From: Macrostomum lignano
Lineage: Eukaryota
DNA length: 48,235 nt
Direction: 5' to 3'
NCBI GenBank assembly: GCA_002269645.1
Contig: NIVC01003186.1
Span: forward strand, 1-48,235
A model generated the notes under the pieces. That model saw nothing but the letters and a program-made list of their open reading frames with translations. It was not told the origin of the DNA and ran no database searches. A program made the position numbers and the translations under genes. Shown piece by piece: positions 12,101 through 24,529 of this stretch (positions are counted from its first letter, which is position 1; the number at the start of each line of letters is the position of its first letter).

Positions 12101-15100
12101 AGTTTAGTGCAGAAAATGCTTCAGTTTGTTAGAATGCAATCAGAACAGATTCCTAGAAAGTGAGCTAGTCCAGCATCAAGGTAGAACATCTGGATGTGTA
12201 ACGAGAGGCTCTCGGAGATTCCTGGCTCAGATTATCGCCTAGAAGTGCTTTGGAGTAGCTGGTCCACCTAACCTACAGACACAACTCGAACAGATTTCTC
12301 TGTCTGTTTGAGGCTCTGGATCTCAGAGCCGCCGAGAAAGTTTAGTGCCGAGAATGCTTCAGTTTGTTAGAATGCAATCAGAACAGATTCCTAGAAATTG
12401 AGCTAGTCCAGCATCAAGGCAGAACATCTGGATGTGTAACGAGAGGCTCTCGGAGATTCCTGGCTCAGATTATCGCCTAGAAGTGCTTTGGAGTAGCTGG
12501 TCCACCTAACCTACAGACACAACTCGAACAGATTTCTCTGTCTGTTTAAGGCTCTGGCTCTCAGAGCCGCCGAGAAAGTTTAGTGCAGAAAATGCTTCAG
12601 TTTGTTAGAATGCAATCAGAACATATTCCTAGAAAGTGAGCTAGTCCAGCATCAAGGCAGAACATCTGGATGTGTAACGAAAGTCTCTCGGAGACTCCTG
12701 GCTCAGATTATCGCCTAGAAGTGCTGTGGAGTAGCTGGTCCACCTAACCTACAGACACAACTCGAACAGATTTCTCTCTGTCTGTTTGAGGCTCTGGCTC
12801 TCAGAGCCGCCGAGAAAGTTTAGTGCCGAGAATGCTTCAGTTTGTTAGAATGCAATCAGAACAGATTCCTAGAAAGTGAGCTAGTCCAGCATCAAGGCAG
12901 AACATCTGGATGTGTAACGAGAGGCTCTCGGAGATTCCTGGCTCAGATTATCGCCTAGAAGTGCTGTAGAATAGCTGGTCCACCTAACCTACAGACACAA
13001 CTCGAACAGATTTCTCTGTCTGTTTGAGGCTCTGGCTCTCAGAGCCGCCGAGAAAGTTTAGTGCCGAGAATGCTTCAGTTTGTTAGAATGCAATCAGAAC
13101 ATATTCCTAGAAAGTGAGCTAGTCCAGCATCGAGGTAGAACATCTGGATGTGTAACGAGAGGCTCTCGGAGATTCCTGGCTCAGATTATCGCCTAGAAGT
13201 GCTTTGGAGTAGCTGGTCCACCTAACCTACAGACACAACTCGAACAGATTTCTCTGTCTGTTTAGGGCTCTGGCTCTTAGGTGGTCCACATAACCTACAG
13301 ACACAACTGAATCAGCTCTCTCAGTCTGTTTGAGGCTTTGGCTCTCAGTAGCTGGTCCACCTAACCTACAGACACAACTCGAACAGATTTCTCTGTCTGT
13401 TTAAGGCTCTGGCTCTCAGAGCCGCCGAGAAAGTTTAGTGCCGAGAATGCTTCAGTTTGTTAGAATGCAATCAGAACAGATTCCTAGAAAGTGAGCTAGT
13501 CCAGCATCAAGGCAGAACATCTGGATGTGTAACGAAAGTCTCTCGGAGACTCCTGGCTCAGATTATCGCCTAGAAGTGCTGTGGAGTAGCTGGTCCACCT
13601 AACCTACAGACACAACTCGAACAGATTTCTGTCTGTTTGAGGCTCTGGATCTCAGAGCCGCCGAGAAAGTTTAGTGCCGAGAATGCTTCAGTTTGTTAGA
13701 ATGCAATCAGAACAGATTCCTAGAAAGTGAGCTAGTCCAGCATCAAGGCAGAACATCTGGATGTGTAACGAGAGGCTCTTGGAGATTCCTGGCTCAGATT
13801 ATCGCCTAGAAGTGCTGTAGAATAGCTGGTCCACCTAACCTACAGACACAACTCGAACAGATTTCTCTGTCTGTTTGAGGCTCTGGATCTCAGAGCCGCC
13901 GAGAAAGTTTAGTGCCGAGAATGCTTCAGTTTGTTAGAATGCAATCAGAACATATTCCTAGAAAGTGAGCTAGTCCAGCATCAAGGTAGAACATCTGGAT
14001 GTGTAACGAGAGGCTCTCGGAGATTCCTGGCTCAGATTATCGCCTAGAAGTGCTTTGGAGTAGCTGGTCCACCTAACCTACAGACACAACTCGAACAGAT
14101 TTCTCTGTCTGTTTGAGGCTCTGGATCTCAGAGCCGCCGAGAAAGTTTAGTGCAGAAAATGCTTCAGTTTGTTAGAATGCAATCAGAACAGATTCCTAGA
14201 AAGTGAGCTAGTCCAGCATCAAGGTAGAACATCTGGATGTGTAACGAGAGGCTTTTGGAGATTCCTGGCTCAGATTATCGCCTAGAAGTGCTGTGGAGTA
14301 GCTGGTCCACCTAACCTACAGAGACAACTCGAACAGATTTCTCTGTCTGTTTAAGGCTCTGGCTCTCAGAGCCGCCGAGAAAGTTTAGTGCCGAGAATGC
14401 TTCAGTTTGTTAGAATGCAATCAGAACAGATTCCTAGAAAGTGAGCTAGTCCAGCATCAAGGCAGAACATCTGGATGTGTAACGAGAGGCTCTCGGAGAT
14501 TCCTGGCTCAGATTATCGCCTAGAAGTGCTGTGGAGTAGCTGGTCCACCTAACCTACAGACACAACTCGAACAGATTTCTCTGTCTGTTTAGGGCTCTGG
14601 CTCTTAGGTGGTCCACATAACCTACAGACACAACTGAAGCAGCTCTCTCAGTCTGTTTGAGGCTTTGGCTCTCAGTAGCTGGTCCACCTAACCTACAGAC
14701 ACAACTCGAACAGATTTCTCTGTCTGTTTAAGGCTCTGGCTCTCAGAGCCGCCGAGAAAGTTTAGTGCAGAAAATGCTTCAGTTTGTTAGAATGCAATCA
14801 GAACATATTCCTAGAAAGTGAGCTAGTCCAGCATCAAGGCAGAACATCTGGATGTGTAACGAAAGTCTCTCGGAGACTCCTGGCTCAGATTATCGCCTAG
14901 AAGTGCTGTGGAGTAGCTGGTCCACCTAACCTACAGACACAACTCGAACAGATTTCTCTGTCTGTTTGAGGCTCTGGCTCTCAGAGCCGCCGAGAAAGTT
15001 TAGTGCCGAGAATGCTTCAGTTTGTTAGAATGCAATCAGAACAGATTCCTAGAAAGTGAGCTAGTCCAGCATCAAGGCAGAACATCTGGATGTGTAACGA

Positions 15101-18100
15101 AAGTCTCTCGGAGACTCCTGGCTCAGATTATCGCCTAGAAGTGCTGTGGAGTAGCTGGTCCACCTAACCTACAGACACAACTCGAACAGATTTCTGTCTG
15201 TTTGAGGCTCTGGATCTCAGAGCCGCCGAGAAAGTTTAGTGCCGAGAATGCTTCAGTTTGTTAGAATGCAATCAGAACAGATTCCTAGAAAGTGAGCTAG
15301 TCCAGCATCAAGGCAGAACATCTGGATGTGTAACGAGAGGCTCTCGGAGATTCCTGGCTCAGATTATCGCCTAGAAGTGCTGTAGAATAGCTGGTCAACC
15401 TAACCTACAGACACAACTCGAACAGATTTCTCTGTCTGTTTGAGGCTCTGGCTCTCAGAGCCGCCGAGAAAGTTTAGTGCCGAGAATGCTTCAGTTTGTT
15501 AGAATGCAATCAGAACAGATTCCTAGAAAGTGAGCTAGTCCAGCATCAAGGCAGAACATCTGGATGTGTAACGAAAGTCTCTCGGAGACTCCTGGCTCAG
15601 ATAATCGCCTAGAAGTGCTGTGGAGTAGCTGGTCCACCTAACCTACAGACACAACTCGAACAGATTTCTCTGTCTGTTTTAGGCTCTGGCTCTTAGGTGG
15701 TCCACCTAACCTACAGACACAACTCGAACAGATTTCTCTGTCTGTTTGAGGCTCTGGCTCTTAGGTGGTCCACATAACCTACAGACACAACTGAAGCAGC
15801 TCTCTCAGTCTGTTTGAGGCTTAGGCTCTCAGAAGGTGGTTCACCTCACCTACAGACACAACTCGAACAGATTTCTCTGTCTGTTTGAGGCTCTGGATCT
15901 GAGGTGGTCCACATAACCTACAGACACAACTGGAACAGATTTCTGTGTCTGTTTGATTGTCAGTTATTTTTATTTTCTACCTTTGTAGGAGCCTGTGGTT
16001 GATTTTGTTCGCCTGAGCTCGACGAGACTGACTGCGTTTCACCGAGATGAAGGTTAAAACGAACTGTAAAAGAAGATTTAAACCACTAATTGACGAGAAA
16101 TATAGAAAGGTTCATCATAGAGCTGAGCTGACGAAAGCGGATTCGATGGCGAGTAAGCTGAAATTCGTGAGAGAGGCAATGACAGATCAATAACAGAAGC
16201 GGTCCCGGACCACGGAGGCAGGGAAGGTCCAGGAGAATATTTCGTAGAAAAAATAAGAAGATAAGGCCATCATCTGCGTGAACGAAAAGATGAAAGTCGG
16301 TAAAATGATTGGCTTATCATATGATTGCTCACCAACTCACTCAGTATAATAGGACTGATGTAGTCAAATCAATTTAATTTCAGTTTTAGTAACTTTTGTC
16401 GTTATTAAAAATGCCCTTCAACTTCTTGTAGGCTCGTACTCGGATGACCTTTTTAACTAATGGAATCTTACGTTTGTTAACATGTATTTGAAGCATACAT
16501 TTTGACCTAAATTAGTTTTAATGAGTTTACAGTTAGTATTTGATATGATTCTGTATTTATTTTCAAAATGCTTTATTTTCATTCACCTTCTTGTATTCAC
16601 GCGACGCAACTAACTAATGCGATCGTACATTTGTTTAACCCGATTAACCCGATTAGTAATGCTAAATAAATTGGTTTGAACTTGGGATATTTTCATTAAA
16701 TGACGTCGTAACCCTTTTATCTGTTCTTTTTGAGAATTTCTGTTTTAATTAGTTCAAAAGAACAGTTTTAAGCAATAAATTTTCTACAACGAAAGAGGTC
16801 TAACTAAACCAACTGTTTTTTTGCGGTCCACCTAACCCGGTCCCCAAAACGTAGTTAGTGAACCACCACAGTTTCCCCGAACTGGCTATTCCGTCAAGTT
16901 AACAAAAAGATAACCCTAGCTAGCCTTTCGCGTTGTCAAAACAGACTCTATTTTTTAACCGGAATTGCGTGGTCCACGTAACGCATTAACATAACTCAGG
17001 TCCCGCTAAACACACAGACAGTCGTAAGAGTGTCTGTCTGTCTGTCTGACGACAGGAAAATGAAATGCCAGTCTCCGTTCTCACCTAGAAAGTCGACGGT
17101 GTACCGCCGACCTTTCTCCGCCTCCTCAGTCTCGTCTTCGTTCTCGCCGAGTTCATTCTCCAGCGGCCTCTGGCTGCCGTCCTTGGCCAGCAGCAGGTGG
17201 CGGTACTGCCTGGCCACGTGACTCCCCGGTAGCGTCCGGCGCAGCTCCCTGGCGCCGCGCAGGTCGAAAATGCAGCGAATTCCATACCGGTTTCTCAGCT
17301 CGTCGACTCCCTCGGCGGACAGGCGCTCAACGTAGCCGGAGCGGTACAGCAGGGCCCGACCCGACGGCAGGCTGACCTGACGAAAGTTGGGCAGTCGGCT
17401 CAGACTGCGGGTGCCCACCTCCAGGGCGAATGTCGGCTCCATAACTGTCGAATGTAGGGAACCGGGGGGGGGGGCGCTGGGCTCATGAACTCACTCATGA
17501 ACTCACTCATGAACTCACTCATGAACTCACTCATGAACTCACTCATGAATTCACTCATGAACTCACTCACAAACTCACTCATGAACTCATGGACTCGCTC
17601 ATGAACTCACTCATGAACTCACTCATGAACTCACTCATGAACTCACTCATGAACTCACTCATGAACTCACTCATGAACTCACTCATGAACTCACTCATGA
17701 ACTCACTCATGAACTCACTCATGAACTCACTCACAAACTCACTCATGAACTCATGGACTCGCTCATGAACTCACTCATGAACTCACTCATGAACTCACTC
17801 ATGAACTCACTCATGAACTCACTCATGAACTCACTCACAAACTCACTCATGAACTCATGGACTCGCTCATGAACTCACTCATGAACTCACTCATGAACTC
17901 ACTCATGAACTCACTCATGAACTCACTCATGAACTCACTCATGAACTCACTCATGAACTCACTCATGAACTCACTCACAAACTCACTCATGAACTCATGA
18001 ACTCACTCATGAACTCACTCATGAATTCATGAACTCACTCATGAACTCAATCATGAACTCTCTTATGAACTCACCCATGAACTCACTCATGAACTCATGG

Positions 18101-18398
18101 ACTCGCTCATGAACTCACTCATGAACTCATGAACTCACTCATGAACTCATGGACTCGCTCATGAACTCACACTCATGAACTCACTCATGAACTCACTCAT
18201 GAACTCACTCATGAACTCACTCATGAACTCACTCATGAGCTCATGAACTTACTCACCCACTCGCTCGCTCCATCAACCCAAACAGTCAGTCATTAAAATC
18301 GAGCCAGACATCAATAAGAGATTAACAAATCCGAGTATCTCACCTGCAAACTGCTGCAGCAGATTCAATGCATGCGTCAACGAACGTTTGTGGATCAT
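5035..18398 (-). CDS. Protein-tyrosine/atypical lipid phosphatase (Y_phosphatase3, MptpB/IphP-like), ~338 aa, 5 coding exons
   Basis: Exons (minus): 18398-18344, 17444-17085, 6109-5763, 5377-5256, 5167-5035. All introns are GT-AG with consistent phases (1,1,0,2). Motifs: LPNFR, LYRSG, IFDLR, active site VHCFLGKDRTG, C-terminal EYIETKYGGVESYL. The first 55-nt exon is the least certain; the ATG at 17442 is an alternative start. Confidence 0.9.
5419..5740. repeat. 17-bp minisatellite (GGCGGAGTGAGGTGGTT)n in phosphatase intron 3
   Basis: Tandem copies read directly; explains track ORFs 5252..5833 and 5371..5865. Confidence 0.95.
6129..6180. repeat. (TCTG)n microsatellite
   Basis: About 13 tandem TCTG units just upstream (in gene sense) of the acceptor at 6110. 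Confidence 0.95.
7930..15957. repeat. ~8-kb satellite array: ~238-bp monomers interspersed with 68+71-bp short units
   Basis: Units start with GGTCCAC(C/A)TAACCTACAGACACAACT, e.g. at 8001, 8239, 8476. About 28 long monomers counted by the GTTTAGTG motif. Short-unit pairs recur internally and short units form both ends. Confidence 0.97.
17483..18245. repeat. 12-bp minisatellite (TCATGAACTCAC)n in phosphatase intron 1
   Basis: Tandem copies read directly, with occasional 8-bp and substituted variants. Confidence 0.96.
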
Positions 18399-18804
18399 AA
18401 AACCGCCTTTAGCACCGTCTTATAACGCTTACATAAAAGCCCTACCTCAGCTTTAAACTTGGCACTGGGTCCCGTTCTATCTATCGATAATTAAGATAGC
18501 GCTATCTGAGTGCATATGGTCTGGATTCTCATGCACCCCGCAGGTATGGCACCATTTCTATGCATGGCCGATGCACTTTAATTAAAATTCATTGACGGCG
18601 TTCGCTAGCCAATTGTTTTTAATTGCCTAATTTCAAGCCATTTGTCAATAAAATTGGACATCCTATTATCTCTAGATGAAATTTACTTTATCTTTCCTAC
18701 TGACCTAGTAGGCATGTGACGTATTATTTTACATTTTTTAATAAACCTAAAATGGTTGTTTCCGCAGCGATTTGTTACGATCTGCTTCCGCGACTCCATC
18801 CATC

Positions 18805-19900
18805 TTACCTGTCCGCTCTGTCCCGTTTACCTGTCCGCTCTGTCCCGTTTACCTGTCCGCTCTGTCCCGATTCACCTGTCCGCTCTGTCCCGTTTATCTG
18901 TCCGCTCTGTCCCGATTCACCTGTCCGCTCTGTCCCGATTCACCTGTCCGCTCTGTCCCGTTTACCTGTCCACTCTGTCCCGTTTACCTGTCCGCTCTGT
19001 CCCGATTGACCTGTCCGCTCTGTCCCGTTTACCTGTCCGCTCTGTCCCGATTGACCTGTCCGCTCTGTCCCGTTTATCTGTCCGCTCTGTCCCGATTGAC
19101 CTGTCCGCTCTGTCCCGATTGACCTGTCCGCTCTGTCCCGATTGACCTGTCCGCTCTGTCCCGTTTATCTGTCCGCTCTGTCCCGATTGACCTGTCCGCT
19201 CTGTCCCGATTGACCTGTCCGCTCTGTCCCGTTTATCTGTCCGCTCTGTCCCGTTTATCTGTCCGCTCTGTCCCGTTTATCTGTCCGCTCTGTCCCGATT
19301 GACCTGTCCGCTCTGTCCCGATTTACCTGTCCGCTCTGTCCCGATTGACCTGTCCGCTCTGTCCCGATTGACCTGTCCGCTCTGTCCCGATTGACCTGTC
19401 CGCTCTGTCCCGATTGACCTGTCCGCTCTGTCCCGTTTATCTGTCCGCTCTGTCCCGTTTATCTGTCCGCTCTGTCCCGTTTATCTGTCCGCTCTGTCCC
19501 GATTTACCTGTCCGCTCTGTCCCGATTTACCTGTCCGCTCTGTCCCGATTGACCTGTCCGCTCTGTCCCGATTGACCTGTCCGCTCTGTCCCGATTGACC
19601 TGTCCGCTCTGTCCCGATTGACCTGTCCGCTCTGTCCCGATTGACCTGTCCGCTCTGTCCCGTTTATCTGTCCGCTCTGTCCCGTTTATCTGTCCGCTCT
19701 GTCCCGATTCACCTGTCCGCTCTTCCCGATTCACCTGTCCGCTATGTCCGAATTCACCTGTCTGCTCTGCCCACTCTTCCCGATTTACCTGTCTCTTCTA
19801 TCCCGATTTACCTGTCCGTTCTTCCTGTTGTACCTGTCTGCTGTTCCTGAATTATCTGTCCACTCTTCCCGGTTTACCTGTCCGCTCTTACCCGTCTGCT
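18805..19900. repeat. 22/23-bp minisatellite (ACCTGTCCGCTCTGTCCCGATTG / ...GTTT)n
   Basis: Tandem copies, degenerating toward 19900. Confidence 0.95.
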
Positions 19901-20715
19901 CTACCTGCCCCAGATCCAGATTTCCTCTCCCTAGCCTTAGAATTGTAATCTCGGGAAACTTACATCGGGCTTACAGCAAAAAAGCTGTTACACAAATAGC
20001 CTAGAGAAATGCATTAGCATTTGTTTATAATAAACTGACTTCCTCAATTTGAACTCCCCTCACAGCAAAATACTCGTATTTATAGGAATTCGTGAGACGC
20101 CGGTGAAGGGAGCAGCTTCGAATAAACAAGAGAACTAACGGTTAGGATCCCGCTAGACATGATGGGGATCGAGGCGGGGGAGGCTGTGGGGCGCCCGTTT
20201 CTGGGTCACAAGCGAAGCCTCGAGTGGAGGCTGCGCGGTAAACACACTCGGACTCTCCCCTGTTCCCCTTTCCCTGGGCTTTCACTTCTCTGGAACTCCC
20301 CCGCAGTCTGCACTCGAACTGTGCTAATGGAATTTCTATACTTCAACCAAGACTCGATTTCCATTCCCACAGAAGTAACGGAGTTTACAATATAGATGGA
20401 GATTGGGTCTTTGTTCTTTGTTCACTCTGTCTCTGGTCTCGTATCGATCGATCGTTCTTTCTCACTTAGGCTGCCGCGCAGGTCTGACACCGCAGACTCT
20501 GCTTCGCAGCGGGGGCCTGTGGGTGATGGCTGAGCTTTTGTCCCGAATAGACTGGGAGTTGAGGCACTGCGGGGAGGAGGGGGCAGCCAAGAATCCGCCT
20601 CTAAATTAAGCATTTTTTCGTCTGTGGGTTCAGAGCTGTGTAAACAATCAGAGTTGTACAGCCGCGCAGGACTGCCCAGATCCGTGTTGCGTCACCCCAG
20701 TGCCGAGTTGTAGCC

Positions 20716-20964
<249 letters not shown>

Positions 20965-21624
20965 CATATTCTACACGGGATAAAAATCATAAATCATCAC
21001 TCCAGTTTTGCTAGCCTTACCGCTCCCCCCTAGCAACAAGTCGAGCTGTGATAGAGGGCAGAAGCGTTAGACCGAATCTTCACATTTTTTACGATTCGAC
21101 ATTCGCTCTTAAGTTGGTTCCAAACCCCAATTTCGGCAAGCGATTGATAGAGTGGACCAACACAGCTGGATCCAAATCGACCCTCACCTCCAACAGGTCA
21201 TCAATGCTTGGCCTTTTAAATGCAAAGGTGTCCCCTGTCCACACCCGATGCATTCCAGCCCAACCGCACCCCCGCTGCGCAGCCGGTCACGTCAGCTCAG
21301 GTCTCAGTAAAATTGATGCTCGGCATTCTCGCCAGTAAAACTTCAAATTCAAAGTGGCTCCCCGCTGAGTCCAAGTGTTAATTTGAGACTTGATTTTGGC
21401 TCAATATGCTTGCAGGCTTGTCTGTTTGCTCATTTGCATATTATCTGCGACTTTGTTTGCTATTGGGTGCCTTAGCTGCGGGGATGCAGCGACATGTATT
21501 AACTATTCCTTTTTTAGAGACTTTTGGACCTGCTGACTGTCTCTGCTTGTTTGCAAGCGCAGTTTTAAGCTTAGCTTTATTTGTCTTTGAGGAGTAATAA
21601 TTGATGATAGTCCCAATATTCCTA

Positions 21625-22787
21625 ATGGATCTCACCCATCTCCATCCATTCTCATATTATTAGTTCTCTAATAATCTTAATGAATCTCACTTATTCTTCT
21701 CCATCTATTCTCATGTTAGATCTCTAATATTCTTAATAAATCTCACCCCTCTTCATCAATTCTCATGTTAGATCTCTAATATTCTTAATAAATTTCACCC
21801 ATCTCCATCTATTCTCATGCTAGATCTCTAATATTCTTAATAAATCTCACCCCTCTTCATCTATTCTCATGCTAGATCTCCAATATTCTTAATCAATCTC
21901 ACCCCTCTCCATCTATTCTCCTATTAGATCTCTACTATTACTAATGGATCTCACCCATCTCCATCTATTCTTATGTTAGATCTGTACTATTATTAATGGA
22001 TCTCACCCATCTCCATCTATTCTCATGCTAGATCTCCAATATTATTAATGGATCTCACCCATCTCCATCTATTCTCATGCTAGATCTCCAATATTATTAA
22101 TGGATCTCACCCATCTCCATCTATTTTCATGCTAGATCTCTAATATTCTTAATAAATCTCACCCCTCTTCATCTATTCTCATGCTAGATCTCTAATATTC
22201 GTAATCAATCTCACCCATCTCCATCTATTCTCATGTTAGATCGCTACTATTCTTAATGGATCTCACTCATCTCCATCTATTCTCCTATTAGATCTCTACT
22301 ATTATTAATGGATCTCACCCATCTCCATCTATTTTCATGCTAGATCTCTAATATTCTTAATAAATCTCACCCCTCTTCATCTATTCTCATGCTAGATCTC
22401 TAATATTCGTAATCAATCTCACCCATCTCCATCTATTCTTATGTTAGATCTCTACTATTATTAATGGATCTCACCCATCTCCATCTATTCTCATGCTAGA
22501 TCTCCAATATTATTAATGGATCTCACCCATCTCCATCTATTCTCATGCTAGATCTCTAATATTCGTAATCAATCTCACCCATCTCCATCTATTCTCATGT
22601 TAGATCGCTACTATTCTTAATGGATCTCACTCATCTCCATCTATTCTCCTATTAGATCTCTACTATTATTAATGGATCTCACCCATCTCCATCTATTCTT
22701 AAGTTAGATCTCTACTGTTATTAATGGATCTCACCCATCTCCATCTATTCTCATGCTAGATCTCCAATATTCCTAATCCATCTCACC
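21625..22787. repeat. 52-bp AT-rich minisatellite (AATGGATCTCACCCATCTCCATCTATTCTCATGCTAGATCTCCAATATTATT)n
   Basis: Period 52 measured between TCTCATGC at 22021 and 22073. Confidence 0.93.
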
Positions 22788-23467
22788 GATTATCATCCAA
22801 TCCCTTTATCTTTCTATAATTTGTCTTGCGCATAATTTCAGATATAATTTGACATTTTTCCAGCACAGTACAGCGGAGTCTGGAGAGGCCCATGGGAGAG
22901 ACTGATGGAGGAGCATTTGACAGGCCAAGCTGATAGAACGCACCGAAGTCTGATGGGGGGGGGTCAGAGGAAGCAAGGCGCATCAAGTTGGCTGCGGCGG
23001 CCTTTCTCTCATCTCTGCAGCCGGTCCATAGCTCACCAGCGCAGCGCACGCAGGCAGTGAGAGGGGTACAGAGGAGAAGGCGCAGCTGCCTTCAGCCATC
23101 GCTGCTTTGGCCTCTCCCTGCAGACTCTCTGTGTGCTGCATCTCCAAGCCAGCCGTTTGCCGCGGGTGGCATTTTTCAGCGCGCGTGCAGCAGAAGACAG
23201 CGCCCCCCCCCCTCAGCTAAAACTCGGCACTGCAGAGCGGATTTCTGATCGGGGGGGCCTCTGCCTTCTCCTACCTTCCTCAATCCCAGGCATCTGATCC
23301 CCGAGCTTCCAAAATGGCAATTTTGTGCCACAGTCTGCAGGGGCAAGAGAGGAGAGGAGAGGCAGGGGAGACTTATAATGTGTGTGCAGCTCGCTACAGC
23401 CTTCTTACCTTTAACTATCTCCGTGCCTCGCTATGCAATCTCTGGGCAGTAGAACACATGTAGTGCC

Positions 23468-24205
23468 TACCCCAGTGTATCTCACTCTCTCTACCCTAGT
23501 GTATCTCACTCTCTCTACCCCAGTGTATTTCACTCTCTCTACCCCACTGTATCTCACTCTCTCTACCCTATCTCACTCTCTCTCTATCCCAGTGAATCTC
23601 ACTCTCTCTACTCCAGTGTATCTCACTCTCTCTACCCCACTGTATCTCACTCTCTCTACCCCATCTCACTCTCTCTCTACCCCAGTGTATCTCACTCTCT
23701 CTACCCCACTGTATCTCACTCTCTCTACCCCACTGTATCTCACTCTCTCTACCCCAGTGTATCTCACTCTCTCTACCCCACTGTATCTCACTCTCTCTAC
23801 CCCAGTGTATCTCACTCTCTCTACCCCACTGTATCTCACTCTCTCTACCCCAGTGTATCTCACTCTCTCTACCCCACTGTATCTCACTCTCTCTACCCCA
23901 CTGTATCTCACTCTCTCTACCCCACTGTATCTCACTCTCTCTACCCCACTGTATCTCACTCTCTCTACCCCACTGTATCTCACTCTCTCTACCCCACTGT
24001 ATCTCACTCTCTCTACCCCAATGTATCTCACTCTCTCTACCCCACTGTATCTCACTCTCTCTACCCCACTGTATCTCACTCTCTCTACCCCACTGTATCT
24101 CACTCTCTCTACCCCAGTGTATCTCACTCTCTCTACCCCAGTGTATCTCACTCTCTCTATCTCACTCTCTCTACCCCAGTGTATCTCACTCTCTCTACCC
24201 TACTG
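23468..24205. repeat. 24-bp minisatellite (CCCCACTGTATCTCACTCTCTCTA)n
   Basis: Tandem copies; explains track ORFs 23433..24224 and 23666..24151. Confidence 0.95.
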
Positions 24206-24529
24206 TATTGATCCTCTTCAATAAAGTCTTTCTCCTCTTGTATTTTCTCATATTCCCTCCCATCTATTCCCATCTCCCCAATGCTCGCCAAGCGCTGCTG
24301 AAGGCAGTTTCAGAGTAATTAATAGCACGAAGACAGGAGCTTCGTGAACTGCAAACCACGCGGGGAGGCTGGATAGCGGAGGAAAACTCGTGATGGAGGA
24401 GGATTCGAGAAGAGGAGGATGAGGCTGAGGATAGACAGAGAGAGGCTGCAGGAGCCATTTTATCGATCCAATAACCTGTGGAGGCCTCAGCGGGCGAGCC
24501 TTAGCCCTCTGCCCTCCTTTCCCCTGCAG

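Noticed and set aside
7930-15957. CRISPR-like array (constant motif recurring with intervening sequence)
   Set aside because: The intervening sequences are near-identical copies, not unique spacers; no cas genes; eukaryotic intronic context.
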